This document shows positions 1 to 9,409 of a stretch of 37,583 nucleotides of DNA, in pieces. How positions within the stretch are numbered: position 1 is the first letter of the stretch; every line of letters begins with the position of its first letter. The stretch covers positions 1-37,583 of the forward strand of contig JAZDCZ010000418.1 in the NCBI GenBank assembly GCA_036679605.1. Reading direction: 5' to 3'. The notes beneath the pieces are model-generated. The model was not told the origin of the DNA. It was given only the letters and a program-made list of their open reading frames with translations, and did no database searches. A program made the translations under genes and the position numbers. This DNA is from Gemmatimonadota bacterium (GTDB lineage Bacteria > Gemmatimonadota > Gemmatimonadetes > Gemmatimonadales > GWC2-71-9).

Positions 1-1854
1 CGCCGTTCGGAACAAGTCTGCGTGTACCGGCCGCCACCGTCCCATAGGTGATTGCGTGCCTTCGGGAGGGGGATTGTCTGCATCTCGAAAACGTGTGATC
101 CCGCCATCCGGTGCAAACGGAACGTACCAGATGCTCGATGCCTCCTCTACGCCTGGAATCGCCTTGAGCCGCTCCTGCATCAGATCGTAATAGATCTGGA
201 ACTCGGCTGCCGAACCGATTCTACCGGCCTCAGGCGAGACGGTGAAACTGAGCAAGCCCTTGGGTCTAAAGCCAGGATCCACCCGAGTTAGGTGCCAAAA
301 ACTCTTAACGAGCAGACCGGAGCCGGCGAGCAGCAGCACGGCGAGTGCAACCTCCGCCGTGACTATTCCGGAACGCAACCGCAGGCGCTTGCCGGTTTCG
401 GTGCCGCCCCTGCTTCCCTCCAAGCCGTTGCGTAAATCAGTTCGGGCAGATTGAATCGCCGGTGTGAGGCCGGCCACCCAACCGGCACCGATCGCCAATA
501 GCACGCAGAATCCAAGTGCGACTCCATCGATTCCAACGCCCGCGAGGCGTGACATGTCCATAGGCGAACCCGCACCGGTGGGAATAAGTGCGAGTGCGAA
601 TCGGAGTCCGAGCACAGCCACGGCGATTCCCGGCAGAGCGCCCAGGAGTCCCAGCACCGTAGTCTCTGTCACCAACTGTCGAATCAACCGGACCCGCCCC
701 GCCCCCAAAGCCAAGCGAACCGCAATCTCACGTCGGCGAGAGAGCGACCGGGCAAAGAGGAGGTTGACCACGTTTGCAGTGGCGATTAGGAGAATCAATC
801 CGACCGCACCGAAGAGCAGCAGAAGTGTGGATCCAATCTCGCCTGCCAGAACGTCGCGGAGTCCGACCACGCGTGCATCGGCTCCCCAGTCGTCGGGCAA
901 AGTGTACTCTTCGTGCAAGCCCGCGATGAAAGCGAGAAGTTCGGCCTGGGCTTGCTGGACAGTAACTCCGGGCTTCAATCTGCCTATTACCTTGAGTTCA
1001 CCGGAGCCGTAGCCTGGTGCCGTCCGATCCATGAGCTGCGGAACCGCCACCTCTGCGTCAGGTTGCAAGAAATCGAATCCCGGCCGCATGACCCCGATGA
1101 TCGTGCGATCCATTCCCCGGAGCCGGATTCTTTGTCCCAGCACCTCCGGATTCCCGCCGAACCGCCTTTGCCAGAACCCGTGCGAAATGACGACTACATC
1201 GTCCGACCCCGCACGGTCTTCCTCCTCGGCAAAGGTTCGGCCCAACACAGTGGCCGGCTCGAGGACTTCGAAAAATCGTGCTGTGACACGCGGCCCAATC
1301 AATCGGCTGGCACCGTCTTGGTCGTCGATAACCGTGTGTGTTCGCGCCGCCCAGGCCGCTAGCGACTCGTAGGAAGACGCTTGGTTTTCGAACAACTCGA
1401 AGAGGTTCTTGGAATACCACTTGTCGGGCCATACGGCCACGACGCGGTACGAGTCGTGAAACGGCAGAGGTTGGAGCAGCATCCCATTTACGAGGCTGAA
1501 GATGGCTGTCGTTGACCCGACGCCGAGCGCAAGCGTCATGACGACTACTGCGGTGAACCCGGGAGTGCGGCGCAAGCTTCGTGTGGCATACTTGATGTCC
1601 TGCAAAACTGTGCTCGCGAACTCGCGCTTACCGCTGTACTCCATGCTTTTCCGTTGCTCGCGACGAAACCGCAAGAACACGAGAACCGCTTGCCTCCAAT
1701 ACCACATGTCGCACAAAAACTGAACTTGGGTAGACAGACGTTCGTGATATTCTTCGCGCAGATCTCCGATGACGCCGTGTTGTGAGGTTTGCGACTTGAG
1801 AACACGCCGCATCAACCACTCGGCTAGGGCAGGGGGGGAATGCTTACCCTTCAA
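1..1854 (-). CDS. MacB/FtsX-family (ADOP-type) ABC permease; 3' end runs off the window
   Basis: Manual translation from TTG at 1854, overlapping the PadR stop (TTGA): MKGKHSPPALAEWL...GDLREEY...QDIKYATRSLRRTPGFTAVVVMTLALGVGSTTAIFS...LLIATANVVNLLFARSLSRRREIAVRLALGAG. Absent from the ORF track. Confidence 0.88.
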   Translation of the reverse strand, partial: MKGKHSPPALAEWLMRRVLKSQTSQHGVIGDLREEYHERLSTQVQFLCDMWYWRQAVLVFLRFRREQRKSMEYSGKREFASTVLQDIKYATRSLRRTPGFTAVVVMTLALGVGSTTAIFSLVNGMLLQPLPFHDSYRVVAVWPDKWYSKNLFELFENQASSYESLAAWAARTHTVIDDQDGASRLIGPRVTARFFEVLEPATVLGRTFAEEEDRAGSDDVVVISHGFWQRRFGGNPEVLGQRIRLRGMDRTIIGVMRPGFDFLQPDAEVAVPQLMDRTAPGYGSGELKVIGRLKPGVTVQQAQAELLAFIAGLHEEYTLPDDWGADARVVGLRDVLAGEIGSTLLLLFGAVGLILLIATANVVNLLFARSLSRRREIAVRLALGAGRVRLIRQLVTETTVLGLLGALPGIAVAVLGLRFALALIPTGAGSPMDMSRLAGVGIDGVALGFCVLLAIGAGWVAGLTPAIQSARTDLRNGLEGSRGGTETGKRLRLRSGIVTAEVALAVLLLAGSGLLVKSFWHLTRVDPGFRPKGLLSFTVSPEAGRIGSAAEFQIYYDLMQERLKAIPGVEEASSIWYVPFAPDGGITRFRDADNPPPEGTQSPMGRWRPVHADLFRTA

Positions 1855-2174
1855 GCCTCTTGTCCGAGTTTAGATTCGAGTCCGCTCCACATCCCCATTA
1901 GTACAGCTCTCGATTCCCGCAGTGCTCTGAGGCCGGTTCGCGTCACCTTTATGTACCGACGCATCTTGCCGCCACGCGCGCGAGTTCCCGTTCTGAGTTG
2001 AGAGGTGATGTAACCCTTGGACTCCAGCCGGTCGAAGGTCACGTAGAGGGCGCTGCGGGACACAGTTCGTCCGGTCCGGTTTTCGATTGCACGGGCGAGT
2101 TCGACTCCATACGCGTCCCGTGCCATGTGGAGTGCCGCCAACAATACGAGTTGTTCAAATTCACCTAGCGCCAT
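1851..2174 (-). CDS. PadR-family transcriptional regulator
   Basis: LGEFEQLVLLA...YGVEL...ALYVTFDRLESKG...RRY; coupled to the permease. Confidence 0.92.
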   Translation of the reverse strand: MALGEFEQLVLLAALHMARDAYGVELARAIENRTGRTVSRSALYVTFDRLESKGYITSQLRTGTRARGGKMRRYIKVTRTGLRALRESRAVLMGMWSGLESKLGQEA

Positions 2175-2181
2175 GTCTATC

Positions 2182-2216
2182 TCTTACAGTGTAAGAAATG
2201 TTATCTTACAGTGTAA
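2182..2216. promoter_or_regulatory. Two palindromic TTACA-G-TGTAA boxes, candidate PadR operators
   Basis: TCTTACAGTGTAAGA at 2182-2196 and TCTTACAGTGTAA at 2204-2216, between divergent genes. Confidence 0.6.
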
Positions 2217-2343
2217 TCATGAACGAGTCAAGGGCGCCATTAGTGTATCGGATCTATTTGTTGACGTCCGAGGTATATTACAAGACGCGTTTTCCATTCC
2301 CGGATCTCGAGTTTGGGACCACTCGTTGGGAAGGGCAGTACCA

Positions 2344-4839
2344 ATGGAACTCTTGATGCTGGACGTTCGGTTCGCCGTCCGATCGCTTAGAAAGAATCTT
2401 GGTTTCACCGCTGTTGCGGTCGTTACTATTGCCCTGGGCATTGGGGCGACGACCGCCATCTTCAGCGTGACCAATACCGTTCTGTTGCGGCCACTGCCGT
2501 ACAGGAGCCCCGAGGAACTGGTGCTGGTGTGGAACCGCTTGGAGAACGCCAACCTGGCCAGGACGCTGGTATCCGGACCGGACTTCCTCGACTACCGGAA
2601 CGAGACCACGATGTTCGAGGGTTTCGCCGGTGCGTTCGCCATCGATGGGACCATCACCGGCGATGGGCGGGCCGAGCAGATCATGGTCGGCTGGAGCACG
2701 GGCAACCTCTTCAAGGTTTTGGGAGTGACGCCGATTCTGGGTCGCGATTTCAATGCGGAAGATGGGACGCCGATTGACCCCCAAGTCTTCCTCGATCCCA
2801 ATGCGACGATTCCGCCGGGCGCGCTCATCTTGAGTCACGGACTATGGCAGCGCCGCTTTGGCAGTGATCCCAATGTTCTGGGTCGGAGCATTCAAGTAGA
2901 TGGGCAGCCGTCGTTCATCGTGGGCGTGCTGCCGGCTGATTTCCGCATTTACTTGCCGATTGACGCCGGAATGCCGACCAACGTAGATATGTGGCGGGTA
3001 ATACCGATCGACTTTTCCACGAATCCGCGGGATGCCGAATGGCTCACCGTCGTGGCTCGATTGAAGAAGGGTGTGACTGTGGAACGTGCGCAGGCGGAAA
3101 TGGATGCGCTTGCGCAACGACTGAGGGAGCAGTACCAGCATAACGCGAATGAGGGCATGCGGATCGTCTTGAACTCGATGCATCGTGACGTCGTTGAACA
3201 TGCCCGCCCGGTTCTAATGGCTCTGCTAGGTGCCGTCGGATTTGTGCTTTTAATCGCATGTGCGAATGTGGCGAACCTCCTGCTGGTGCGAGCGACCTCC
3301 CGCGAGCGAGAAATCGCGGTCCGCGCCGCCATGGGCGGAGATCGGGGTCGCATCGTCCGGCAGCTGTTGACCGAGAGCGTGGTACTCGCTGTTTGCGGTG
3401 CTGCGGTCGGTCTCGTTCTGGCATGGGCCGGCATCCAGATTCTCGTGGCCATGAGTCCGGGCAATCTGCCGCGTGTCGAGAACGTTGTTATCGACGGAAC
3501 AGTGCTGCTGTTCGCGGCAGTCGCCACTGTTGTTGCGGCGTTGGTGTTCGGCACCGCGCCCGCACTCAAAGCGACGAGCCCGAACCTGGTCGGCGCCTTG
3601 AAAGAACGCGGTAGCGACGCCGGCGGTGTCAGGGGCAACAAGCTTCGTACCGCGCTTGTAGTGTCTGAAGTGGCTCTGTCTCTCGTGCTCTTGATTGGCG
3701 CGGGACTAATGCTGCGGAGCTTCGCGAAACTGCAGCAAGTCGAGCCCGGATTCGATCCAGAGAACGTGCTCACGCTTTCAGTACCTTTGCCGTTGTTCGG
3801 CTATAGGGATCCCAACCAACGTGCGGATTTCTTCGTGCGCTTGCGCCAGCGTGTCGAGGCGCTGCCGGGAGTGGCGGACGTGGGCGGCGTTTCCCCCTTA
3901 CCGCTATCGGGGGGTGACCAGTATCTGGTTGGATCGTACGGACGAGTTGGTGTCAGCGAGGAGGAATGGACCAGCAACAAGGCTGACTACCGGGCCGTCT
4001 TGCCCGGATACTACAAGGCCATGAGGACCCAAGTTGTGGCGGGCCGGACCCTTACAGAAGCTGACAACCAGGAAGGTTCTCCATATGTAGTGGTGGTGGA
4101 CCGAAAGCTTTCCGAGCGCACCTGGCCCGATGATGATCCAATCGGTCGCCAACTCCAGATTGAGCGGTTTGATGTTGAAGGTTTTGACATCGAGCGAGTG
4201 ACTGCCCAGGTCGTTGGTGTCGTGGAGCCGGTCAATTCCCAGACACTAGCTGCTGCCGGCCGCGAGACCATCTATTTTCCCTACCGGTTCTTTCCCTGGT
4301 GGCCGGTGAGCCTCACTGTCCGCGCCACGGCAAATCCAACCGCGCTCATCAACCTCATAAGAAACGAGGTCGAGGCGATGGACCCCGAGGTGCCGATCGC
4401 TAACGTGCGCCTAATGGAGGAGTATGTGTCGGACGCCATGGCACAAACACGCTTCACTCTCACCTTGACCGTGGTATTTGCGGTGCTGGCGCTTGTCTTG
4501 GCGTCCATCGGCTTGTACGGGGTGATTTCATATTCCGTGCGCCAACGCACTCAGGAGATCGGTGTGCGCATGGCGTTCGGTGCCCAAGAGGGAAACATCG
4601 TGCGGTTGGTTCTGAAACAGGGGCTCGCGCTAGCACTGGGTGGCGTGGGCGTTGGACTGGTGGCTGCTTTTCTCCTCACGCGAATGGTTTCCAGTCTGTT
4701 GTTTGGTGTAACGGCCACCGACCCGGTCACGTTCTTGGGCATTCCCTTGCTCCTGATCGGTGTCGCGAGCATAGCGAGCTACCTGCCGGCGAGACGAGCA
4801 ATGCGGGTCGATCCGGTTCGGGCGCTTCAAGGGAAGTGA
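2344..4839 (+). CDS. MacB/FtsX-family (ADOP-type) ABC permease
   Basis: Probable start MELLMLDVRFAVRSL at 2344; LLIACANVANLLL, REIAVRAAMG, IGLYGVISYSVRQRTQEIGVRMAFGA, PARRAMRVDP. Confidence 0.93.
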   Translation: MELLMLDVRFAVRSLRKNLGFTAVAVVTIALGIGATTAIFSVTNTVLLRPLPYRSPEELVLVWNRLENANLARTLVSGPDFLDYRNETTMFEGFAGAFAIDGTITGDGRAEQIMVGWSTGNLFKVLGVTPILGRDFNAEDGTPIDPQVFLDPNATIPPGALILSHGLWQRRFGSDPNVLGRSIQVDGQPSFIVGVLPADFRIYLPIDAGMPTNVDMWRVIPIDFSTNPRDAEWLTVVARLKKGVTVERAQAEMDALAQRLREQYQHNANEGMRIVLNSMHRDVVEHARPVLMALLGAVGFVLLIACANVANLLLVRATSREREIAVRAAMGGDRGRIVRQLLTESVVLAVCGAAVGLVLAWAGIQILVAMSPGNLPRVENVVIDGTVLLFAAVATVVAALVFGTAPALKATSPNLVGALKERGSDAGGVRGNKLRTALVVSEVALSLVLLIGAGLMLRSFAKLQQVEPGFDPENVLTLSVPLPLFGYRDPNQRADFFVRLRQRVEALPGVADVGGVSPLPLSGGDQYLVGSYGRVGVSEEEWTSNKADYRAVLPGYYKAMRTQVVAGRTLTEADNQEGSPYVVVVDRKLSERTWPDDDPIGRQLQIERFDVEGFDIERVTAQVVGVVEPVNSQTLAAAGRETIYFPYRFFPWWPVSLTVRATANPTALINLIRNEVEAMDPEVPIANVRLMEEYVSDAMAQTRFTLTLTVVFAVLALVLASIGLYGVISYSVRQRTQEIGVRMAFGAQEGNIVRLVLKQGLALALGGVGVGLVAAFLLTRMVSSLLFGVTATDPVTFLGIPLLLIGVASIASYLPARRAMRVDPVRALQGK

Positions 4840-5363
4840 ATATGCACCGGGTTGACGTCTTCGCCGAGGTGCCGGCCAAGCGCTTTCAGGTATCCGTCCA
4901 TCGTCCCGTGATGCCCCATCACGAAACGCGACACGAATCGGAAGAAGGGGTTGTACACCTCACCGTCTTCGGTGATGGTCACTCGGCTGCCGCCGTTCGA
5001 CGGGTCGACGAGATACGTCCAGGTGCCGCCGAACGGCAGATTGTCGTCGGCAATCTTTGTCACTAGTCGCTCTGGAGCGACAGACTCGAGAACCTCATAT
5101 GGCATGACTTGTCCGCGCTGATCGGTCTGCAGCCAGATCTCCGCACCACTCTCGGAGTCGCGGCGCTCCATTCCCTGCACAAAGGACCACCAGTCGGGGT
5201 AGCCGTCGAAGTTGCGAATGACAGCCCAAACGGTATCGGGCGATTGCTCGAGAGTAATCGAACTGCTCGCGACGTGGCTCTGGGGCAGCAACATGCCGAT
5301 CACGATCGGAACGATGACCAGCGTTGCCAATATGCCCCCCAAAATGAGCACCCATTTTATCAC
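4827..5363 (-). CDS. SRPBCC/polyketide cyclase-family protein with N-terminal TM helix
   Basis: LPQSHVAS...PDTVWAVI...YPDW...PFGGTWTY...VTITEDGEVYNPFFRF. Confidence 0.85.
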   Translation of the reverse strand: MIKWVLILGGILATLVIVPIVIGMLLPQSHVASSSITLEQSPDTVWAVIRNFDGYPDWWSFVQGMERRDSESGAEIWLQTDQRGQVMPYEVLESVAPERLVTKIADDNLPFGGTWTYLVDPSNGGSRVTITEDGEVYNPFFRFVSRFVMGHHGTMDGYLKALGRHLGEDVNPVHIHFP

Positions 5364-5372
5364 GCGAGCCTC

Positions 5373-5603
5373 CTATCTTTCAAGCCGTAGAGTTGCTTGC
5401 CCCGCAGGGGCGGCGCGCTTGCGCATGGCGAGCAAAGCCTCGAGTTCCGGAATCTGCTCCTTGTCCTTTGGCCGTCCGGCTCCACGCTTCGCGTCGATGA
5501 AGCCGGGCAGATCGAGCGCGCGAAACCGGAGTTGGTCCATGCCAACCTCGATCGATGCCGCCAAAACCTCAGCGTAGTCACCCACGCCCTGGACCCGGTC
5601 CAT
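5373..5603 (-). pseudogene. C-terminal fragment of a predicted nucleotidyltransferase
   Basis: LDLPGFIDAKRGAGRPKDKEQIPELEAL resembles the C-terminal K..AGRPKD motif; catalytic N-terminus absent. Confidence 0.55.
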
Positions 5604-5626
5604 GACTATTCACAAGCCCGCCAGCT

Positions 5627-5941
5627 TCAGATTGGATAGAGAGGAAGCCCCATCGCCTCCGCTCCGGCGCTCATCCGCTGGTCGTACGTGGCCAGACTCA
5701 GTTCGACGCCCTGCTCCCGGAGGAACCCGGCCGACGCGAGGTGAAGCACGTCGAGTGTGCGAACCGGCATTGGAAAGGGTTGCAACGCCCTTGAAAGGAC
5801 CGGTCGTTCCAGCTCCACGAACGCCACCCGTGCCAGCAGCATGCGGGCGGCGTCTCCGTGGGACGGCGCCAGACCTCGCGCGTTAAGACGAGTCCAGAGT
5901 TCAAACTCGACCTCCCTTGGTCGAATGGCGGCGCCACCCAC
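5627..5941 (-). pseudogene. PIN-domain (VapC-like) toxin, N-terminally truncated
   Basis: PFPMPVRTLDVLHLASA...LATYDQRM; no N-terminal hhhDTS motif visible. Confidence 0.65.
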
Positions 5942-6214
5942 GAGCTTCGTTCCGCGCCAAGCTGTCGTACACGCGCACCGAATTGTTGTGGCAGCCGGCC
6001 GCTGGTCCTGCCTGGTGAAACGGTGATTCCGACCTCGGCCAGTATATTCAACTCATTTGATAACAACCAGTTAGGTCGTGCAGCACGTTGGTGATACAGA
6101 TCACAGGTCTCGGTCTGATCTTTGCGCTTCCACAACGGCGGAGTCCCGTATTCGGTCTGCCCCTTCGGTCAGTCCGACCGGGCCGTTGCGGACGCGTAAA
6201 AAAGGAGCGACGCC

Positions 6215-7405
6215 ATGTCGATTATGAAGTGGTCACGAAATGCCTTGGGGCTTCTGTCTATTGCGATCCTTGCGGCCTGTGAGAACGGCGATGTCACGGG
6301 GACGAATGAGAATCTCATAGGAACGCCAGACAGCCCCTCATTTGCTTTTGGGTTTCCACCTCCCAAGTGCAACGCATGTCTCGGCGGTGTCACCCAGATG
6401 ACGCTCAAATACAACGGGACGGAAAGTGCCTACATCACGGTCATGGCCGGGAAGGATACCATCTTCGACGAGCTGGTGGGCTCCGGCGACACGTTCACGC
6501 TCATAGGTCAGAAGGCGGACGGCAAGCTGGGCGCAGAGGTCAAAGTGATTGTGAATGGGACCGAGACGAAGATTCACACCAGCTGCTCGAAGCCCATCGG
6601 TGAGGGCTCCGTGTTCGGCGACTTTGAGGTTGTCAAAGCATTCAGCAAGGACGGCGGTAGGATTTGCCCGCCTCCGCCTCCCGGATCGTGCAGTGCATGT
6701 CGCGGTGGTGTCACTCAGATGACGCTCAAATACAACGGGACGGAAAGTGCCTACATCAAGGTCAAGGCCGGGAGGAAGGTCATCTTTGAGGGGGACGTAG
6801 CGCCCGGTGGGGAGTTCACACTCATAGGTGATAAGAGGGACGGCAAGCTGGGCAAAGAGGTCAAGGTGACTGTAAATGGCACCGAGACCAAGATACACAC
6901 CAGCTGCTCCAGGCCGCTCGGGGAGGGCTCCGTGTTCGGCGACTTTGAGGTGGTCGAAGCGTTCAGCAAGGACGGCGGTAGGATTTGCCCAGTGGGGGAT
7001 GCCGGCCTCTGCGATTTCGGCGCGCCTCAGGTTCTGATTGTGACGTTTACCAGTGATGACTGTTCGGCGTCGAACCACCTGCAGGATCCCACAAAAGTCA
7101 CCTGCACCGACTTTGGTACGTTCCCGTCAACGGTTCGCATCGTCGCCAGCGACAAAGAGAACCTTGCCGATCCCAAAGCTAAAGTCTGGTTCGACGGACA
7201 GGTCAGCCAGAACGGCACGTTCAGCATCGACGCGACCAACGGTGGCGCGACCAAGCTCAAGGCCAATACGTGGGTGCATATCTTCGACGACGCGAGCGGG
7301 AATTTGCTTCAGTTGTTGAACTTCCACACATCCTGCTCGCAACCGCTGGCTCTCGGCGACCAGTTCGGCAGTCTTACAGTTACGGACTTCGTTAACGAGT
7401 TTTGA
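6215..7405 (+). CDS. Lipoprotein with three Cys-containing HTSCS repeat domains
   Basis: Lipobox ILAAC; HTSCSKP, HTSCSRP, HTSCSQP. Confidence 0.85.
   Translation: MSIMKWSRNALGLLSIAILAACENGDVTGTNENLIGTPDSPSFAFGFPPPKCNACLGGVTQMTLKYNGTESAYITVMAGKDTIFDELVGSGDTFTLIGQKADGKLGAEVKVIVNGTETKIHTSCSKPIGEGSVFGDFEVVKAFSKDGGRICPPPPPGSCSACRGGVTQMTLKYNGTESAYIKVKAGRKVIFEGDVAPGGEFTLIGDKRDGKLGKEVKVTVNGTETKIHTSCSRPLGEGSVFGDFEVVEAFSKDGGRICPVGDAGLCDFGAPQVLIVTFTSDDCSASNHLQDPTKVTCTDFGTFPSTVRIVASDKENLADPKAKVWFDGQVSQNGTFSIDATNGGATKLKANTWVHIFDDASGNLLQLLNFHTSCSQPLALGDQFGSLTVTDFVNEF
6368..6990 (+). repeat. Intragenic tandem duplication, 321 bp (107 aa) period
   Basis: 6368-6669 is highly similar to 6689-6990. Confidence 0.9.
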
Positions 7406-7411
7406 CCCGTT

Positions 7412-7445
7412 GAGGTCCCGAGGGTTGTGTGGCTCTCGGGACCTC
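7412..7445 (+). terminator. Hairpin after the lipoprotein gene
   Basis: GAGGTCCCGAG...CTCGGGACCTC 11-bp inverted repeat; weak U tract. Confidence 0.55.
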
Positions 7446-7602
7446 TCCATTCACAGTCTTCGTAGGAAATCGACGACCGGGAACACCTTGGATTTTTTCC
7501 ACGGTGCCGTGACGCTCACGTCGGATTAGCTTACAGTATTGCAGGTCCAACCACCGGTCGGCATGAGCGACTCGAACGAGACCTCAATAGGCAATCGGTG
7601 CC

Positions 7603-9138
7603 ATGCGTGCCGTTCGAACCCGACTGGAGCTTGCCCTGCACAACATGTTGTCCGTCTCTAATCCACGTCGACGTCGCTGGTGGCGGCGACTCCGTGTTCT
7701 CATCGTGGGTTCGGTCGTAGCATACGGGTTGTTGCTCATCCCGGGCCGTGAGCCGGTGCTCGAAGGGGCAAACCGGGAGCCTTTCGTGTGGGATCAAGAC
7801 GAGGTCTGGTCCACGCTCGAGCGGGAGTTTCGGGTCGCGCGGGAGGCAGGCTGTGTCGCGGTCTCACCGATCGTGGATTCGTCGTTCGCGGGCCTGCATG
7901 AAGCGATTCGCGCGGTCGAAAATGACAAGCTTTCACCCGAAGACGATCGCTTTGACGTGCTCGAAAATCGCTTGTTCGCCATCGGGCCTTTGGTCGGAGC
8001 TTGTCTCGATCGTCTCCCGGAGTACGTCCAGGCATACAATGAGGTGCGTTTTCATCTCAAGAACCAGTCGCACGAGTGGGACATGAACGCACTTGCGACG
8101 CGGCAACGGATGTATCGCCTCATTTACGGGGGACGCGCCGCGGTTGAGGAGCTTATCCTTCAGGCCGATCCCACTCTTGTGCCGGAGATCGTGACCGCCC
8201 ACGCCGAGCCCTCGGCGACACCGTCGACCGAACTGTTCGGTGTCGAGGTGCACAGCGGAGATCTCCTGCTGTCACGCGGCAACACGTCGTTCTCCGCGCT
8301 GATCGCGCGTGGCCAAGATTATCCCGGCAACTTCTCCCACTCGGCTCTGCTACACGTAGACGAAGACACACGTGAGGCTACGGTAATCGAGGCGGATATC
8401 GTAGGTGGTGTGAAGGTCCGCCCTGCTGAAGAGTTCCTGCGTGAAGATAAGCTTCGGGTTCTGCTACTACGAATGCGGGCCGACCTACCGCTGCTTCTCG
8501 GCGATCCGCTGCTCCCGCACAAGGCGGCCTCGGCAGCGCTCCAAGACGCGCAGACGCGGCGGATTCCGTACGACCTCGAGATGAACTACCGCGATCACTC
8601 GCGAATGTTTTGCTCGGAGGTTGTGCTGGCCGCGTACGAACCCTATGGGGTCACGCTCTGGACGGGGATGTCATTCATCTCGGGGCCGGGTGTCGTGCGG
8701 TGGCTGAGCGCGGCCGGCGTTCGGAACTTCGAGACCCAGGAGCCTGCCGACCTCGAATACGATCCGCAGTTGCGCGTCGTTGCCGAATGGCGCGATCGCG
8801 AGAACCTATTCAACGATCACGTCGACAACGCGATCATCGAAGTGCTCATCGAAGCCGCCGATGCGGGTGAACGCATCACGTATCATTGGAGCATGTTGCC
8901 TGTCATGCGCATCCTCAAGGTCGTCAGCAGAGTATTCAACCTGTTTGGTGCAGAGGGTCCGGTGCCGGACGCCGTTCCGGTCCGCGGTGCCTTGATGATA
9001 CGCGAGTTCAGCCTGCGACATGCGAGGATCAAGGTGACGCTACTGGAACGGGCCAAAGCATTTCGCGAGCGGGAAGGCTACACGGCGCCCTACCGGGAAC
9101 TGCTCGAGCAAGTGCGCGAAGTCAGACGGATGAAGTAG
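7603..9138 (+). CDS. YiiX/YebB-like permuted papain-like NlpC/P60 hydrolase, membrane anchored
   Basis: GDLLLSRG, FSHSALL, PYD, MFCSEVV (His before Cys); start uncertain. Confidence 0.82.
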   Translation: MRAVRTRLELALHNMLSVSNPRRRRWWRRLRVLIVGSVVAYGLLLIPGREPVLEGANREPFVWDQDEVWSTLEREFRVAREAGCVAVSPIVDSSFAGLHEAIRAVENDKLSPEDDRFDVLENRLFAIGPLVGACLDRLPEYVQAYNEVRFHLKNQSHEWDMNALATRQRMYRLIYGGRAAVEELILQADPTLVPEIVTAHAEPSATPSTELFGVEVHSGDLLLSRGNTSFSALIARGQDYPGNFSHSALLHVDEDTREATVIEADIVGGVKVRPAEEFLREDKLRVLLLRMRADLPLLLGDPLLPHKAASAALQDAQTRRIPYDLEMNYRDHSRMFCSEVVLAAYEPYGVTLWTGMSFISGPGVVRWLSAAGVRNFETQEPADLEYDPQLRVVAEWRDRENLFNDHVDNAIIEVLIEAADAGERITYHWSMLPVMRILKVVSRVFNLFGAEGPVPDAVPVRGALMIREFSLRHARIKVTLLERAKAFREREGYTAPYRELLEQVREVRRMK

Positions 9139-9195
9139 CCGTCCACTATTCAAGGATTGCCGTTGGGCCTTCGTGCAGTGATTTTCCCTAGACCA

Positions 9196-9279
9196 GCCCG
9201 GGTGGTGGAATCGGTATACACAAGGGACTTAAAATCCCTTGGGGGCAACCCCATGCGCGTTCGAGTCGCGCCCCGGGCA
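9196..9279 (+). tRNA. tRNA-Leu(TAA)
   Basis: Acceptor GCCCGGG/CCCGGGC, anticodon arm AGGGA-CTTAAAA-TCCCT, long variable arm, T arm GCGCG-TTCGAGT-CGCGC; CCA not encoded. Confidence 0.97.
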
Positions 9280-9409
9280 TGTTGTGGTGCAGTAATGAGT
9301 TAGGCTGGGTGGAGTGGTCTCGGACCAGTCGGTGTTTCTAGGGAACTGTGTCCAGGAATGTGACCAAGGTTTCCGGTACGCCGGAGTGGGGCGAGCGGAA
9401 AGTCGTTTC

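Noticed and set aside
464..1432. Plus-strand and alternative-frame ORFs over 1-1.8 kb
   Set aside because: Shadows of the minus-strand permease
2125..2343. N-terminal extensions given by the ORF track (also at 11542, 16142, 17011, 35207, 35594)
   Set aside because: They overlap neighbouring genes or regulatory DNA; family-typical starts lie downstream
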